Source: Octopus bimaculoides
Lineage: Eukaryota
Assembly (NCBI RefSeq): GCF_001194135.2
Contig: NC_068991.1
Location: forward strand, 35,207,411 to 35,271,410
Direction: 5' to 3'
Length of the DNA: 64,000 nt
The notes below the pieces were generated by a model. The model did not search any database. It saw only the letters and a list, made by a program, of their open reading frames with translations, and had not been told where the DNA came from. Shown here in pieces: positions 63,835-64,000 of this stretch; position 1 is the first letter of the stretch, and every line of letters starts with the position of its first letter. A program made the position numbers and the translations under genes.

Positions 63835-64000
63835 TTATTTAAAAGCAGCAGAAATATAACAAAAAAACCGTTACTCTGAGTTTCACGTTCCCGTTTATCG
63901 GACAGTTTTGTTAGAAATTTCTAACAAAACTGTCCGATGAACGGGAACGTGAAACTCAGAGTAACGGTTTTTTTGTTATATTTCTGCTGCTTTTAAATAA
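63835..64000. repeat. Spacerless palindrome of at least 83-bp arms (one mismatch), running off the window end
   Basis: Centre GAAA|TTTC at 63917/63918. Confidence 0.95.
63926..63971 (+). ncRNA. Type I hammerhead-like motif with U4C core variant (mirror copy 63864-63909, minus)
   Basis: AAAACTGT-CCGATGA-ACG ggaa CGT-GAA-ACTCAGAGT-A-ACGGTTTT. 8-bp helix I, GNRA-capped helix II, near-palindromic helix III, GUA site. Confidence 0.7.

Noticed and set aside
1-64000. CRISPR arrays, rRNA or prokaryotic operons
   Set aside because: No regularly spaced repeat-spacer arrays or rRNA-like sequence; composition and content are those of an animal nuclear genome

Overview
AT-rich (roughly 35% GC by eye), microsatellite-rich and heavily gapped animal genomic DNA from a short-read draft assembly. 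The repeat families resemble those of octopus/coleoid cephalopods; this is inference from recalled repeat sequence and is not verified. No intact host protein-coding gene could be reconstructed. There are only a few weak exon candidates and a CpG-enriched, promoter-like stretch at about 32.2-33.9 kb. The window is mostly nested transposable elements: a full-length degenerate hAT element (TIRs plus 8-bp TSD) inside an RTE-type LINE, several RTE fragments, at least five Penelope-like elements (PLEs), a Helitron Rep/PIF1 remnant with several non-autonomous Helitrons, two fold-back mariner derivatives, two piggyBac derivatives, an intron-containing pogo/Tigger transposase, and tRNA-derived SINEs. 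The most notable hidden signal is a set of about a dozen type I hammerhead ribozyme (HHR) motifs at PLE termini. These include an intact one with a roughly 100-nt helix II extension (27706-27839, minus), a PLE terminal repeat combining a tRNA-like Pol III promoter with an HHR (49.7-50.9 kb), and short palindromes carrying two outward-facing HHRs (24.0-24.2 kb, 63.8-64.0 kb). All structures were folded by eye and none was computed.
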